DNA from: Xanthomonas phage XacN1
Sequence record: AP018399.1
DNA length: 24,000 nt
Strand: one strand, 5' to 3'
The notes under the pieces were generated by a model that saw only the letters and a program-made list of their open reading frames with translations, was not told where the DNA came from and ran no database searches. The translations under genes and the position numbers were made by a program. Of the stretch, positions 1 to 8,153 are shown piece after piece (the stretch's first letter is position 1; each line of letters opens with the position of its first letter).

Positions 1-36
1 ACGCAAGCGTTACTATGGTACCCCTATATACAGGGT

Positions 37-288
37 ATGCTAGTTAAAGTCGCCATCATCCCACCCAACAAAGATTACATTGTACTGCGTCAACAGGACG
101 GACAAGAAGGTCGGTTCCCTCGTCAGTTCGCAAGGCATGTTTCAACTAACGATATCTGTTTGATGACAGAGTATCGCGGTCGTCCTCAACTCAAATTGTT
201 GACAGATGACGATGAAGTCGTTATAATGAATACCACGCAACGGTTCGGGCCACCGCCTAAACCACCTGAACCGATTCCAACTCCTTGA
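37..288 (+). CDS. hypothetical protein, 83 aa
   Basis: Intact ORF ending TGA just upstream of the next CDS. Confidence 0.6.
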   Translation: MLVKVAIIPPNKDYIVLRQQDGQEGRFPRQFARHVSTNDICLMTEYRGRPQLKLLTDDDEVVIMNTTQRFGPPPKPPEPIPTP

Positions 289-295
289 GGGATAT

Positions 296-817
296 ATGAA
301 AAAGCTTCTCCTGTTCACCTTGCTGACCCTGTTCAGCTTCGCAGCCTCGGCTCAGTCCTATTCAGGCCGTGGCGTCACCACGTCTACCTACCCCGTCTTC
401 GACCGCGTGTACGAGCCTGCAACGCAGGTATGCCGCGAGGTCGTGGTGGACTCGGGCTACAACGCTGGTGGCGCTGCTGTCGGTGCTGTGGTCGGCTACG
501 TGCTGGGCCGTGAAATCGACCGCGACTCCCGCAGCTACTACGGTGGCTATTACGGTGGGCGTGGCTACGGCCATCGTGGCGGCTACTACAATGACCGCCG
601 TGGGTATTACGGTGGCGTGTACGAAAGCCGTGTGGGCCGCTACGGCGGTGCTGTGGCCGGTGCTGTCATCGGTGGCAATGCTGGCCGCTCGGCTGGTGTG
701 ACGACGGTGTGTGAGGAACAGCGCAACGGCTATGCCCGTGAAGTGCTGGTCGGCTACCGCATCGTGACCCGCTATCCGGATGGCACCACCCGCGAACGCT
801 TCGAACCGACCCGTTGA
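296..817 (+). CDS. Glycine-zipper (2TM-like) secreted/outer membrane-type protein
   Basis: N-terminal signal peptide (MKKLLLFTLLTLFSFAASAQS) and GGAAVGAVVGYVLG / GGAVAGAVIGGNAG glycine zippers. Confidence 0.8.
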   Translation: MKKLLLFTLLTLFSFAASAQSYSGRGVTTSTYPVFDRVYEPATQVCREVVVDSGYNAGGAAVGAVVGYVLGREIDRDSRSYYGGYYGGRGYGHRGGYYNDRRGYYGGVYESRVGRYGGAVAGAVIGGNAGRSAGVTTVCEEQRNGYAREVLVGYRIVTRYPDGTTRERFEPTR

Positions 818-865
818 CAGATTAAAGTTCAATAGCTATACTAATCTCTCAACACTAGGAATCCC

Positions 866-1114
866 ATGAAGCGTATCCTCCTGCTCGCCGTTCTGGCCCT
901 GTCCCTCACTGGCTGCTACAACGGCAACGATGCCCGCAAGGCGCTGGAAGCCCAAGGCTTTACCGATATCGAAATCACCGGCCATTCGTGGTTCGCGTGC
1001 AGCGAAGACGACACGTATTCTACGGGATTCGTCGCTACCAATCCGCAGGGCAAGCGAGTCAAGGGCACTGTCTGCTCTGGCTTCCTGTTCAAGAACGCTA
1101 CCATTCGCTGGTAA
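866..1114 (+). CDS. small lipoprotein
   Basis: ORF with lipobox (LSLTGC). Confidence 0.7.
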   Translation: MKRILLLAVLALSLTGCYNGNDARKALEAQGFTDIEITGHSWFACSEDDTYSTGFVATNPQGKRVKGTVCSGFLFKNATIRW

Positions 1115-1350
1115 TGGCCTGCGACTGCGAGACGTGCAAGTATTTGGCCGAGTTTCAGACTCGGCTTAATGCTATTCCGGAAGAACACCGGGCATTCTTC
1201 GATGACCTGATGCAGCGTTATGAAGGCGCTTGCACTGACCGGGATGTGAATGCGTCCATTCTAGACGGGTCATGGCCGTCCGCAAAAGGCTACATTGAAC
1301 ATGCCGCACAAACTTTAGGGTTCAAGTTGGTCCCTATTGACAAGGCGTGA
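1114..1350 (+). CDS. hypothetical protein (MACDCETCKYLAEF...)
   Basis: ATG overlapping the upstream stop (TAATG); the longer in-frame ORF from 988 overlaps the lipoprotein gene. Confidence 0.65.
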   Translation: MACDCETCKYLAEFQTRLNAIPEEHRAFFDDLMQRYEGACTDRDVNASILDGSWPSAKGYIEHAAQTLGFKLVPIDKA

Positions 1351-1389
1351 AGATGTGTTAACATATTGGTCTAAACATTTAGGCCCAAT

Positions 1390-1743
1390 ATGACACCGCA
1401 AGAAGCCGCACAAGAAGAAGTCCCGAGCAATGTGATTTACATGGCCGAATTCCTCATGAGACGCAGGAATCAGGCTGTCACCGAAGCCAATGCCATGTTC
1501 GCAAAGGCTCAAAAGCTCTCCAAGAACCCCGACCCACGTCAAGACCCGTTCGCTGGCGTCCTGATGAAGAAGGTTGATGCACTCGCCGAAAAGGCGGAAG
1601 CCCTTGAGAAACATATCAAGTTCATCGTTCGCGGTGGACGTGGGTCCATGATTCCGTCTCCGGGTTACAGCACGGCATACGGCCAGCCTTCGCCGCCCCC
1701 TCCGGTGAACATTAGCGTGACATTTCCCGCCCCTATCAAGTAA
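1390..1743 (+). CDS. hypothetical protein, 117 aa
   Basis: Intact ORF followed by a terminator. Confidence 0.65.
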   Translation: MTPQEAAQEEVPSNVIYMAEFLMRRRNQAVTEANAMFAKAQKLSKNPDPRQDPFAGVLMKKVDALAEKAEALEKHIKFIVRGGRGSMIPSPGYSTAYGQPSPPPPVNISVTFPAPIK

Positions 1744-1754
1744 AAAACTTACTC

Positions 1755-1792
1755 ATTCAGCCAGAAATTTGACGTTTCTGGCTGAATTTGTT
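1755..1792 (+). terminator. Rho-independent terminator-like hairpin
   Basis: ATTCAGCCAGAAA / TTTCTGGCTGAAT perfect 13-bp inverted repeat followed by TTGTT, directly after a stop codon. Confidence 0.7.
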
Positions 1793-1822
1793 ATTGACAA
1801 GCTTTAAAGAACTGGTATATAC
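1793..1822 (+). promoter_or_regulatory. sigma70-like promoter
   Basis: TTGACA ... TATATACT upstream of the 1861 CDS. Confidence 0.65.
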
Positions 1823-1860
1823 TTTGTCTGTAGTACCACAAAACCACTGAGGACACTCCG

Positions 1861-2226
1861 ATGAATGAAACTGATTTGGTCAATGCTGACCTGCACGACG
1901 AAGCCGATGGAATTGGCGAAAGTGCGGCAGTAGTGGCCGCTGCTCCGGTGGCTCCCGCTGCCGATGAAGTACAGACCCCGGCCGCTGCTGTCGTGACCGA
2001 TGCCGTTACCAAGGCTCGCTCTGGCGCTGGTCGCAAGGTTGACACCACTGGCACCACGGCTCTGGGAACCGCTCGCATCCTGTATGCAGCGAATCCGGGC
2101 TTGGGCACCAAGGAACTCCGCGCTCTGTTCGTGGAAAAGCTCGGCCCGAAGTTCGGCACCACCGAATCGGTTGCCCAGACCTACGTCAGTCTGGTGCGCA
2201 AGCCGAAGGCGAAGAAGGCCGCGTAA
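1861..2226 (+). CDS. hypothetical protein, Ala/Val-rich N-terminus, basic C-terminus
   Basis: Intact ORF with promoter upstream. Confidence 0.7.
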   Translation: MNETDLVNADLHDEADGIGESAAVVAAAPVAPAADEVQTPAAAVVTDAVTKARSGAGRKVDTTGTTALGTARILYAANPGLGTKELRALFVEKLGPKFGTTESVAQTYVSLVRKPKAKKAA

Positions 2227-2250
2227 GCAATACAGCTTAAAGCAAATAAG

Positions 2251-2286
2251 ATTGCGTGTCAATGACAAATTGGCACGCAATCTTTA
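2251..2286 (+). terminator. terminator-like hairpin
   Basis: ATTGCGTG-T-CAA / TTG-G-CACGCAAT inverted repeat then CTTT. Confidence 0.5.
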
Positions 2287-2296
2287 AAAATTGTTG

Positions 2297-2324
2297 TTGA
2301 CAATCCGTGATGATGTCTTATAAT
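2297..2324 (+). promoter_or_regulatory. sigma70-like promoter
   Basis: TTGACA-16-TATAAT. Confidence 0.75.
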
Positions 2325-2353
2325 TAACGCATCGAATCACTAGGGAGTCACCA

Positions 2354-3106
2354 ATGAACAAGTCGCCGAAGCTTCTCTCTGTCGCCGCCGATGCAAAGAC
2401 GGTGAAGGGTCAGAAGATGGGGTACCTCACTGGCGTTCTGTACCTCGCTCCCCATACCATTTCCGGCTATCAGGTGTGCCCGAAGGCGTCGGAAGGTTGC
2501 CGTCTGGCCTGCCTGTATACCGCTGGCCGTGGCATCTATACCAATACGCAAAATGCCCGCATCGCCAAAACCAAGCGCTTCCATGAGGACCGCGACGGTT
2601 TCATGGCGCAGCTTGTCGATGAAGTGGAAGCGCTGATTCGCAAGGCAAAGCGTGAAAGCCTGATTCCCGTGGTCCGTCTCAATGGCACGTCTGATTTGCC
2701 GTGGGAGAAAATCAAGTGCAATCGTAACGGCGTCGCCTATGCGTCCATCATGGAAGCGTTCGCGGACGTGCAATTCTACGATTACACTAAGGTTCTGGGG
2801 CGTTCTAAGGCGCTTTCTCTGCCTAACTACTCGCTCACTTTCTCTCTGGCGGAAGACAATGACGCTGCTGCAATGAAGGCATTGCAGGAGGGTTTCAACG
2901 TCGCCGTTGTGATGAAGGTAGGCCGCAAAGAAGACAAGCCCGCGAATTGGGGCGGCTTTCCGGTAGTCAATGGCGATGAAACCGACTTGCGCTTTCTGGA
3001 CCCGCAGGGCGGTCACATTGTCGGCCTGTTCCCCAAGGGCAAGGCCGGTAAGGATACGCTGGGATTCGTCCGGGCAAAGGATAGCGGCTTCGCAAGAGCC
3101 GCTTGA
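2354..3106 (+). CDS. phage GP88-like protein
   Basis: 250-aa ORF; CPKASEGCRLACLYTAGRG Cys cluster with downstream ASLPNYS/SGF features resembling the phage gene-88 family. Confidence 0.6.
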   Translation: MNKSPKLLSVAADAKTVKGQKMGYLTGVLYLAPHTISGYQVCPKASEGCRLACLYTAGRGIYTNTQNARIAKTKRFHEDRDGFMAQLVDEVEALIRKAKRESLIPVVRLNGTSDLPWEKIKCNRNGVAYASIMEAFADVQFYDYTKVLGRSKALSLPNYSLTFSLAEDNDAAAMKALQEGFNVAVVMKVGRKEDKPANWGGFPVVNGDETDLRFLDPQGGHIVGLFPKGKAGKDTLGFVRAKDSGFARAA

Positions 3107-3154
3107 TAATTACAAGTAGATAAGCTAAAGTCATCCTAGTAGATACATACTAGG

Positions 3155-3661
3155 ATGACCAGCAAGAATGTAAGCCGCCATACGATTGACGTAAAGACTT
3201 TCCGGGACAGACGCAAAAGCGACGTTCCGACTTTGCTCAATGCGGTTGAATTTTTTCTTGACGAATTACTAAAACGCTGTACAATAGCGTACAAGTTAAA
3301 CATTAAAGTCACGCTCAAGAACGGACCCGTTAAGGGTGACGACAAGAGCCTGAATGATGGACTAGCTTGGGAACACGAATCCGGGACAGGGGTCAAGTGG
3401 TTTCATATCCACTTGAATGATAACGTTCCGTTCCTAGAACTGCTCTCCACTTTGGCTCATGAGACAGTCCATGTCGTGCAATTTGCGACTGGCAGACTTC
3501 GAATCGAAGATGAGGATTGGATTTGGGAAGGCAAGAACTACGGACCAAAGCCCTATATTGGGAAAGAAGTTGACAATCAACTTCCGTGGGAGTATGATGC
3601 GTACTCCAAGGAACCTGAACTCGCTCGGAAATTCGTTAAACAATACTATTCCATCTGGTAA
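3155..3661 (+). CDS. SprT-like zinc metallopeptidase
   Basis: HExxH-type LAHETVHVVQ motif in a 168-aa ORF. Confidence 0.55.
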   Translation: MTSKNVSRHTIDVKTFRDRRKSDVPTLLNAVEFFLDELLKRCTIAYKLNIKVTLKNGPVKGDDKSLNDGLAWEHESGTGVKWFHIHLNDNVPFLELLSTLAHETVHVVQFATGRLRIEDEDWIWEGKNYGPKPYIGKEVDNQLPWEYDAYSKEPELARKFVKQYYSIW

Positions 3662-3670
3662 ACCCATCAA

Positions 3671-3850
3671 ATGAGCAACATTGCAAACCTTTCTCGTCAG
3701 ATTGCCAAGCTCAGCGCCCAGCTTACGGACGCCAAGGCAAAGGGTGATATCGACCTCGCTGAACAGCTTGAGGACGAACTGAACGACCTTGAAGACCAGT
3801 TGGAAGACGAGGAAGAGGCCAACCGCGATGGCGGCTTTGGCTGGTCCTAA
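3671..3850 (+). CDS. small acidic coiled-coil protein, 59 aa
   Basis: MSNIANLSRQIAKLSAQLTDAKAKGDIDLAEQLEDELNDLEDQLEDEEEANRDGGFGWS*, read directly; below the ORF-track cutoff. Confidence 0.65.
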   Translation: MSNIANLSRQIAKLSAQLTDAKAKGDIDLAEQLEDELNDLEDQLEDEEEANRDGGFGWS

Positions 3851-3907
3851 TAAGTCCTAACGCTCGCGTTAACCCCTCCATTTCTCCTTTACAAACAAGG
3901 ATTTACA

Positions 3908-4345
3908 ATGTGTCTTGATATTGACGTGCGGTATCACCCGAACTACGGCAAGAAGGGTTCGGCGTTCATCGCCCAGCAGCCCATCCTCGTCTACAAGCGC
4001 CTGAACTGCGCTGACAAGACCGGTGGCAAGGCTCCCTATCAGGGAACCCGCTGGGACTTCGGTGTCGAGCAGCGTGTCCCCCGGTTCGGCTATTGGGGTC
4101 AGAACCGCCGCGAAATCGACGTGGGCCTCCATGCGTTCTTCACCAAGGACGCCAACCGTTGCTACGGTGACGTGTTCCCGGCTGTGATTCCGGCCGGTGC
4201 CCGCTTCTTCCTCGGCACGAATGGTGAAGTGGTTTCCACGGCTCTGACCGTGTACCGTACCCAGAAGGAAATGCTGGCCGCATTCGGTGCAAAGGCTGTC
4301 GGTCCGGCCATCAAGCGCCATACCCTGACCAAGCGGGCACGCTAA
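3908..4345 (+). CDS. hypothetical protein
   Basis: Intact ORF, overlaps next start. Confidence 0.7.
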   Translation: MCLDIDVRYHPNYGKKGSAFIAQQPILVYKRLNCADKTGGKAPYQGTRWDFGVEQRVPRFGYWGQNRREIDVGLHAFFTKDANRCYGDVFPAVIPAGARFFLGTNGEVVSTALTVYRTQKEMLAAFGAKAVGPAIKRHTLTKRAR

Positions 4346-4926
4346 TGTTCGGTCCGGCCGTCTCCCCAACTCCGCTGCGCACCTTCAACACCGATGACGC
4401 TCTGGCCTTCGTGGAAGGCCGGGGTGTGGATGCCGCTGGTCGCACCATCGAAGACTATTTCAAGTTCGATGCGGACAAGTGGGAAGAGTGCCACAACCAT
4501 GTGCAGTGGGCGTTCCCCAGCCACATCATGTCGCGCTTCAATCTGGAAGCGCCCGTGGTGGACATGGAAGACTTCGCCAACCGGCTGACCGCACAGGGCC
4601 ACATCAATATCAAGCGATTGATGGGCAACTACCTGACCTCGCTTGGCTGGTTCGAAGACAAGGGCGGCTGGCACGCTGACCTCAAGCACGAGCGTGCGGG
4701 ACTGTGGCTGTCGCCGTACAACCACAACTATCAGCGCATTTCGCGACTGCTGAACCTGCTGTCGTGGATTGATTCCAATCTGGCAATCGAACTGCTGAAC
4801 GAATTCCTGACCGTCGCACAGGAAGCTTCGAAGTGGGTGATGGAAGACCATTTCAAGCGTCCTATGGCTGTCATCAATGCCGAGACTGTGGTATACTGGT
4901 CTAAAGCCGCCATCGGAAAACTTTAA
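4345..4926 (+). CDS. hypothetical protein
   Basis: Intact 193-aa ORF, TAATG overlap with previous gene. Confidence 0.7.
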   Translation: MFGPAVSPTPLRTFNTDDALAFVEGRGVDAAGRTIEDYFKFDADKWEECHNHVQWAFPSHIMSRFNLEAPVVDMEDFANRLTAQGHINIKRLMGNYLTSLGWFEDKGGWHADLKHERAGLWLSPYNHNYQRISRLLNLLSWIDSNLAIELLNEFLTVAQEASKWVMEDHFKRPMAVINAETVVYWSKAAIGKL

Positions 4927-4927
4927 A

Positions 4928-5227
4928 ATGTTGCAGAAGACTATCTCCGCTCTGTTCTCTGGCATGGAAACCCAACCGGTTGCCTTCAAGCCGTCCGAAG
5001 TGAATGATGCCTACCGCAAGGTGGACCGCATTCTGGACACGGCATTCCTGCCGGAGCATGTGGACACTGCCGAACGCATGTTCACCAACCTGCTGAACCG
5101 CTTTGCGTTCAGTGCGGAACATCGCACGTCTCCGCTGGTGGTCGGAATGCAGGACCGTATCAATACCCGACGTGCGGAAGTCATCGCACAGTGGGAAGCA
5201 ATGAATGGAACACGGGTGGCGGCATAA
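4928..5227 (+). CDS. hypothetical protein
   Basis: ORF with likely start at internal ATG just after previous stop. Confidence 0.6.
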   Translation: MLQKTISALFSGMETQPVAFKPSEVNDAYRKVDRILDTAFLPEHVDTAERMFTNLLNRFAFSAEHRTSPLVVGMQDRINTRRAEVIAQWEAMNGTRVAA

Positions 5228-5261
5228 GCCACCCAGCTTTACGTTGTACTAGGAAAATTAC

Positions 5262-5666
5262 TTGAATACCGAAATCAGTCTGGCCGACCGCAAGACGGCC
5301 CTAAATGAAAAGCTTGCGGGATTGCAGAACATCGCCATTGATGAGTCTGCCAACTTCAAGTTCATGAATCTGTTGCGCTCGCGGTTGACGGAAGAAGGTA
5401 TCCCGTTGGAAGCTGCAACCCAAATCGTCGCCAATATCGACTATGATATGTCGGCCGTCAATGAAGACGACGACTACATCGGTGACGTGGCTCTGGCCTA
5501 TGCGGAGTTTGCAGCGCGCGTATACGACAAGCTCAAGGCTGGCAACTGGCATCGTAACATGACGGACTCTGTTGTCCGCAAGTATTTCGCTCATTTCAAG
5601 ATTACTCTTGATGTTCCGGAACGAAATCGTCAGTTGGCTCTTGACTTTAACGGTCAAGGTGCTTAA
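5262..5666 (+). CDS. hypothetical protein (TTG start)
   Basis: Intact 134-aa ORF. Confidence 0.6.
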   Translation: MNTEISLADRKTALNEKLAGLQNIAIDESANFKFMNLLRSRLTEEGIPLEAATQIVANIDYDMSAVNEDDDYIGDVALAYAEFAARVYDKLKAGNWHRNMTDSVVRKYFAHFKITLDVPERNRQLALDFNGQGA

Positions 5667-5675
5667 ACTATAAGC

Positions 5676-6314
5676 ATGAACCTCATTCCTGCCACTGTCA
5701 CCGTTCCGGACTTCATCCTCAACAACGACCTGTTCCTGCGTGCGGCGAACTTCGCCCACAAGCACCATGATGCGGTCGGACAGAAGCGGGAAGGCTCTGG
5801 CGAACCCTACATCGTCCATCCGCTGGAAGTGGCCGGTCTGGCTCACGCGATGGGCCATGAGTTCGACTATCCGAGCGAATGGATTGAAGTGGCTGTCGTC
5901 GCGGCGCTGCTGCACGACACCATCGAAGACACCAAATGCACCTACAACGAAATCGAAGCTGAGTTCGGGGCTGTCGTTCGCGACACCGTGTTCTGGCTGA
6001 CGGACGTGGTGGAGAAGGCCAAGGGCAATCGCCGGGTGCGCAAGGAACTGGAACGTGTGCGTCTCATGGCTGCACCGGGCCGGGTCAAGTTCATCAAGTG
6101 CTGCGATATCATCGCCAATGCCCGCTGCATCCTCAAGGACAAGCCGGGTTCGGCTCAGTTGTTCCTCACCGAGAAGATGAGCGTGCTGGATACGTTCGTC
6201 CACTACAACCGGATGCACAAGGGCACCGATAACATCGGCAAGTTGGATAAACAAATGCTTGCCAAGTGCCGTGCGGTTCTGGTAGAATTCATGGACACTA
6301 TCAGCAAGCCCTAA
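5676..6314 (+). CDS. HD-domain metal-dependent phosphohydrolase, MESH1/SpoT-hydrolase-like
   Basis: FAHKHHDAVGQKR..G.PYIVHPLEVAGL, VVAALLHDTIEDTKCTYNEIEAEFG and VKFIKCCDIIANAR match the HD hydrolase fold of (p)ppGpp hydrolases. Confidence 0.8.
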   Translation: MNLIPATVTVPDFILNNDLFLRAANFAHKHHDAVGQKREGSGEPYIVHPLEVAGLAHAMGHEFDYPSEWIEVAVVAALLHDTIEDTKCTYNEIEAEFGAVVRDTVFWLTDVVEKAKGNRRVRKELERVRLMAAPGRVKFIKCCDIIANARCILKDKPGSAQLFLTEKMSVLDTFVHYNRMHKGTDNIGKLDKQMLAKCRAVLVEFMDTISKP

Positions 6315-6319
6315 AGGCC

Positions 6320-6973
6320 ATGACCAACATTCCGCTGTCTCAGGAACTTCTCGACTCGCAGACCGCATTGGATGCACTGCGGGCCGAGTACCGAATCATC
6401 CATGACAAGCTGATTCCGGCTGCTACGGCTCATCGGGAACTGTTTGCCAAGTTCGCTCTGGAAGCCTTCGAAGCTGCCGAGGACAAGCTGGCACACATCC
6501 TGTCGCCGCAGTTCTATGACGTGAGCGTGGACCATCTACGGGCTACCGATGCGTTCCTGTGGGACCGCTACGGGGCACGTACCAGCGGTCACAACTCGCT
6601 GACCTATCAGCGTCTTCCGCAGTTGACGTTCTACAAGAACAGCGACGGGGCACACAACGCGAAGATGGTGCGTCTGATTGAAGATGCACTGCCGCACATG
6701 CTGCCGTTCACTGCGGACATGAAGGACCACTACGGCCGGGAAATCGACTCGCAGTTGCACGGCTTCTGCCTGTTCGGGACTCTGGAAAGTGGCCTGTCGG
6801 AACATGCCCGCATCAGTCTGTACGTTTCGCACGAGAAGAAGGTTCTGGTGTCGGCCACTCGCTATTCGCGTACTACGTACACGAAGGTGATGGAATTCGA
6901 TGAAGGTATTGACTACTTCATTGAAAACCACTACTATGAGGACTTGTCGCAGCACGAACGCGACGATGACTAA
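6320..6973 (+). CDS. hypothetical protein
   Basis: ORF with likely start MTNIPLSQELLD. Confidence 0.65.
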   Translation: MTNIPLSQELLDSQTALDALRAEYRIIHDKLIPAATAHRELFAKFALEAFEAAEDKLAHILSPQFYDVSVDHLRATDAFLWDRYGARTSGHNSLTYQRLPQLTFYKNSDGAHNAKMVRLIEDALPHMLPFTADMKDHYGREIDSQLHGFCLFGTLESGLSEHARISLYVSHEKKVLVSATRYSRTTYTKVMEFDEGIDYFIENHYYEDLSQHERDDD

Positions 6974-6986
6974 ATAAAGACCTAAT

Positions 6987-7076
6987 GGAAGCGTGGCCGA
7001 GTGGTTTAAGGCAACGGTCTTGAAAACCGTCGGCCCCGGAAGGGGTCCGTGAGTTCGAATCTCACCGCTTCCGCCA
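6987..7076 (+). tRNA. tRNA-Ser(UGA)
   Basis: GGAAGCG/CGCTTCC acceptor, CTTGAAA loop, long variable arm, encoded GCCA. Confidence 0.92.
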
Positions 7077-7083
7077 AATTCAA

Positions 7084-7308
7084 ATGAGCAAACGACTACA
7101 AAAGAAGATTGCCAAGAAGGGTACCGAGAATATCAAGCATCTTGGTAAGCGGTACAAAGAAATGCGTGCAATGTTCTTCGCAATGGAAGAACACCGCAAT
7201 GAACTGGTTGGGAAAGAATGGGTAGCCCTCAAGCGAGCCATGAAGGCCGAGAAACAAGTAGAGAAATTGAAGAAACAACTACTTGACAACGGCATCCAAC
7301 CAGAGTAA
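7084..7308 (+). CDS. small basic coiled-coil protein
   Basis: 74-aa ORF between two tRNA genes. Confidence 0.6.
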   Translation: MSKRLQKKIAKKGTENIKHLGKRYKEMRAMFFAMEEHRNELVGKEWVALKRAMKAEKQVEKLKKQLLDNGIQPE

Positions 7309-7320
7309 TATACACAAATC

Positions 7321-7429
7321 GGGAATGTAGCTCAGAGGACAGAGCGCAGGGCGAGGAAGGGACTGGTTTTCCACCAGTAAACCCATCCAATCTCAGAAGT
7401 CAGTGGTTCGAATCCATTCATTCCCACCA
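7321..7429 (+). tRNA. aberrant tRNA-like gene (109 nt), isotype uncertain (possible UUC loop)
   Basis: GGGAATG/CATTCCC acceptor, TAGCTCAGAGGACAGAGC D-arm, AGTGG-TTCGAAT-CCATT T-arm and ACCA are canonical; 55 nt lie between the D and T arms (about 33 more than a class I tRNA), containing ACTGG-TTTTCCA-CCAGT. Confidence 0.65.
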
Positions 7430-7601
7430 TTTTCGCAACACAATTGCACAGACACTAAATACCGTTATGAACAAACCATATTACAAACGATATTACGCCA
7501 AAGCCTAACAGGGCCGTATACGTTTGTGTGCGGTTCTGCAACGGAACCGTAGTACAGTGGTTATCTGATTCATAAATTCCCCTTAGTTTTACAAACAATT
7601 T

Positions 7602-7690
7602 GGACTCGTTCCCATAGCTGGCCGAATGGAGCGGACTCTTAATCCGACAGCGAAAGCTCATCGTAGGTTCGAATCCTACCGGGTCCACCA
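7602..7690 (+). tRNA. class-II-like tRNA with CUU (Lys) anticodon
   Basis: GGACTCG/CGGGTCC, CCA/TGG D-stem, CTCTTAA loop, variable arm ACAGCGAAAGCTCATC, T-arm GTAGG-TTCGAAT-CCTAC, ACCA. Confidence 0.8.
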
Positions 7691-7730
7691 AATTTTACGC
7701 ACTGGCGCTTGCGCCGTGTGACACGTCTAA

Positions 7731-7807
7731 GGGACGGTAGCTCAACGGTCTAGAGCAATCGGCTTTTAACCGATAGGTTGTGGGTTCGAATCCCACCCGT
7801 CTCACCA
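7731..7807 (+). tRNA. tRNA-Lys(UUU)
   Basis: GGGACGG/CCGTCTC, ATCGG-CTTTTAA-CCGAT, GTGGG-TTCGAAT-CCCAC, ACCA. Confidence 0.92.
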
Positions 7808-7812
7808 ACAAC

Positions 7813-7899
7813 GGATAGGTATGCAAGCGGTCAACGCAATCGGATTGTAAATCCGCCGCCTTAAGGGCTTCGAAGGTTCGAATCCTTCTCTATCCACCA
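7813..7899 (+). tRNA. tRNA-Tyr(GUA)
   Basis: GGATAGG/TCTATCC, TTGTAAA loop, long variable arm, ACCA. Confidence 0.92.
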
Positions 7900-7903
7900 A
7901 TTT

Positions 7904-7975
7904 GGGCTTCACAATCTATAGTGAGAACGCCGTAACTCGGCGCAGTCGGCGACTAGGTATCGCCAAAGTCCACCA
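7904..7975 (+). ncRNA. tRNA-like RNA, 72 nt, non-standard loops
   Basis: GGGCTT/AAGTCC acceptor + ACCA; CGCCG-TAACT-CGGCG (5-nt loop) in anticodon-arm position; GGCGA-CTAGGTA-TCGCC in T-arm position. Confidence 0.5.
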
Positions 7976-7980
7976 TCTTC

Positions 7981-8080
7981 GTCAACTAGTAGCTTAATAG
8001 GAAAGCGGCCGGGAGCGCCCGGTAATAGCACGAAACCCTTGTGGGTTAGCGATGTGGGCTGCGATACCCACCTAGTTGAC
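7981..8080 (+). ncRNA. tRNA-like structured RNA lacking a 7-nt anticodon loop
   Basis: GTCAACTAG/CTAGTTGAC closing stem; GCTT-AATAGGA-AAGC D-arm; GCCGGG-AGCG-CCCGGT arm; AACCC-TTGT-GGGTT; GTGGG-CTGCGATA-CCCAC. Confidence 0.5.
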
Positions 8081-8104
8081 AATCTCTTCATCTTCCCCTA
8101 CAAT
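8076..8104 (+). promoter_or_regulatory. sigma70-like promoter for the SPFH gene
   Basis: TTGACA-17-TACAAT; the -35 is the 3' strand of the preceding RNA stem. Confidence 0.6.
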
Positions 8105-8153
8105 TTGCCTCGTTGTTTTAACCCTTTCATTTTAACCAACCAAGGAAATTACT

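Noticed and set aside
5301-6377. Long minus-strand ORF (358 aa) and many other minus-strand ORFs
   Set aside because: They mirror well-supported plus-strand genes in GC-rich codon-biased sequence, with implausible His/Arg-rich translations; no independent start signals seen.
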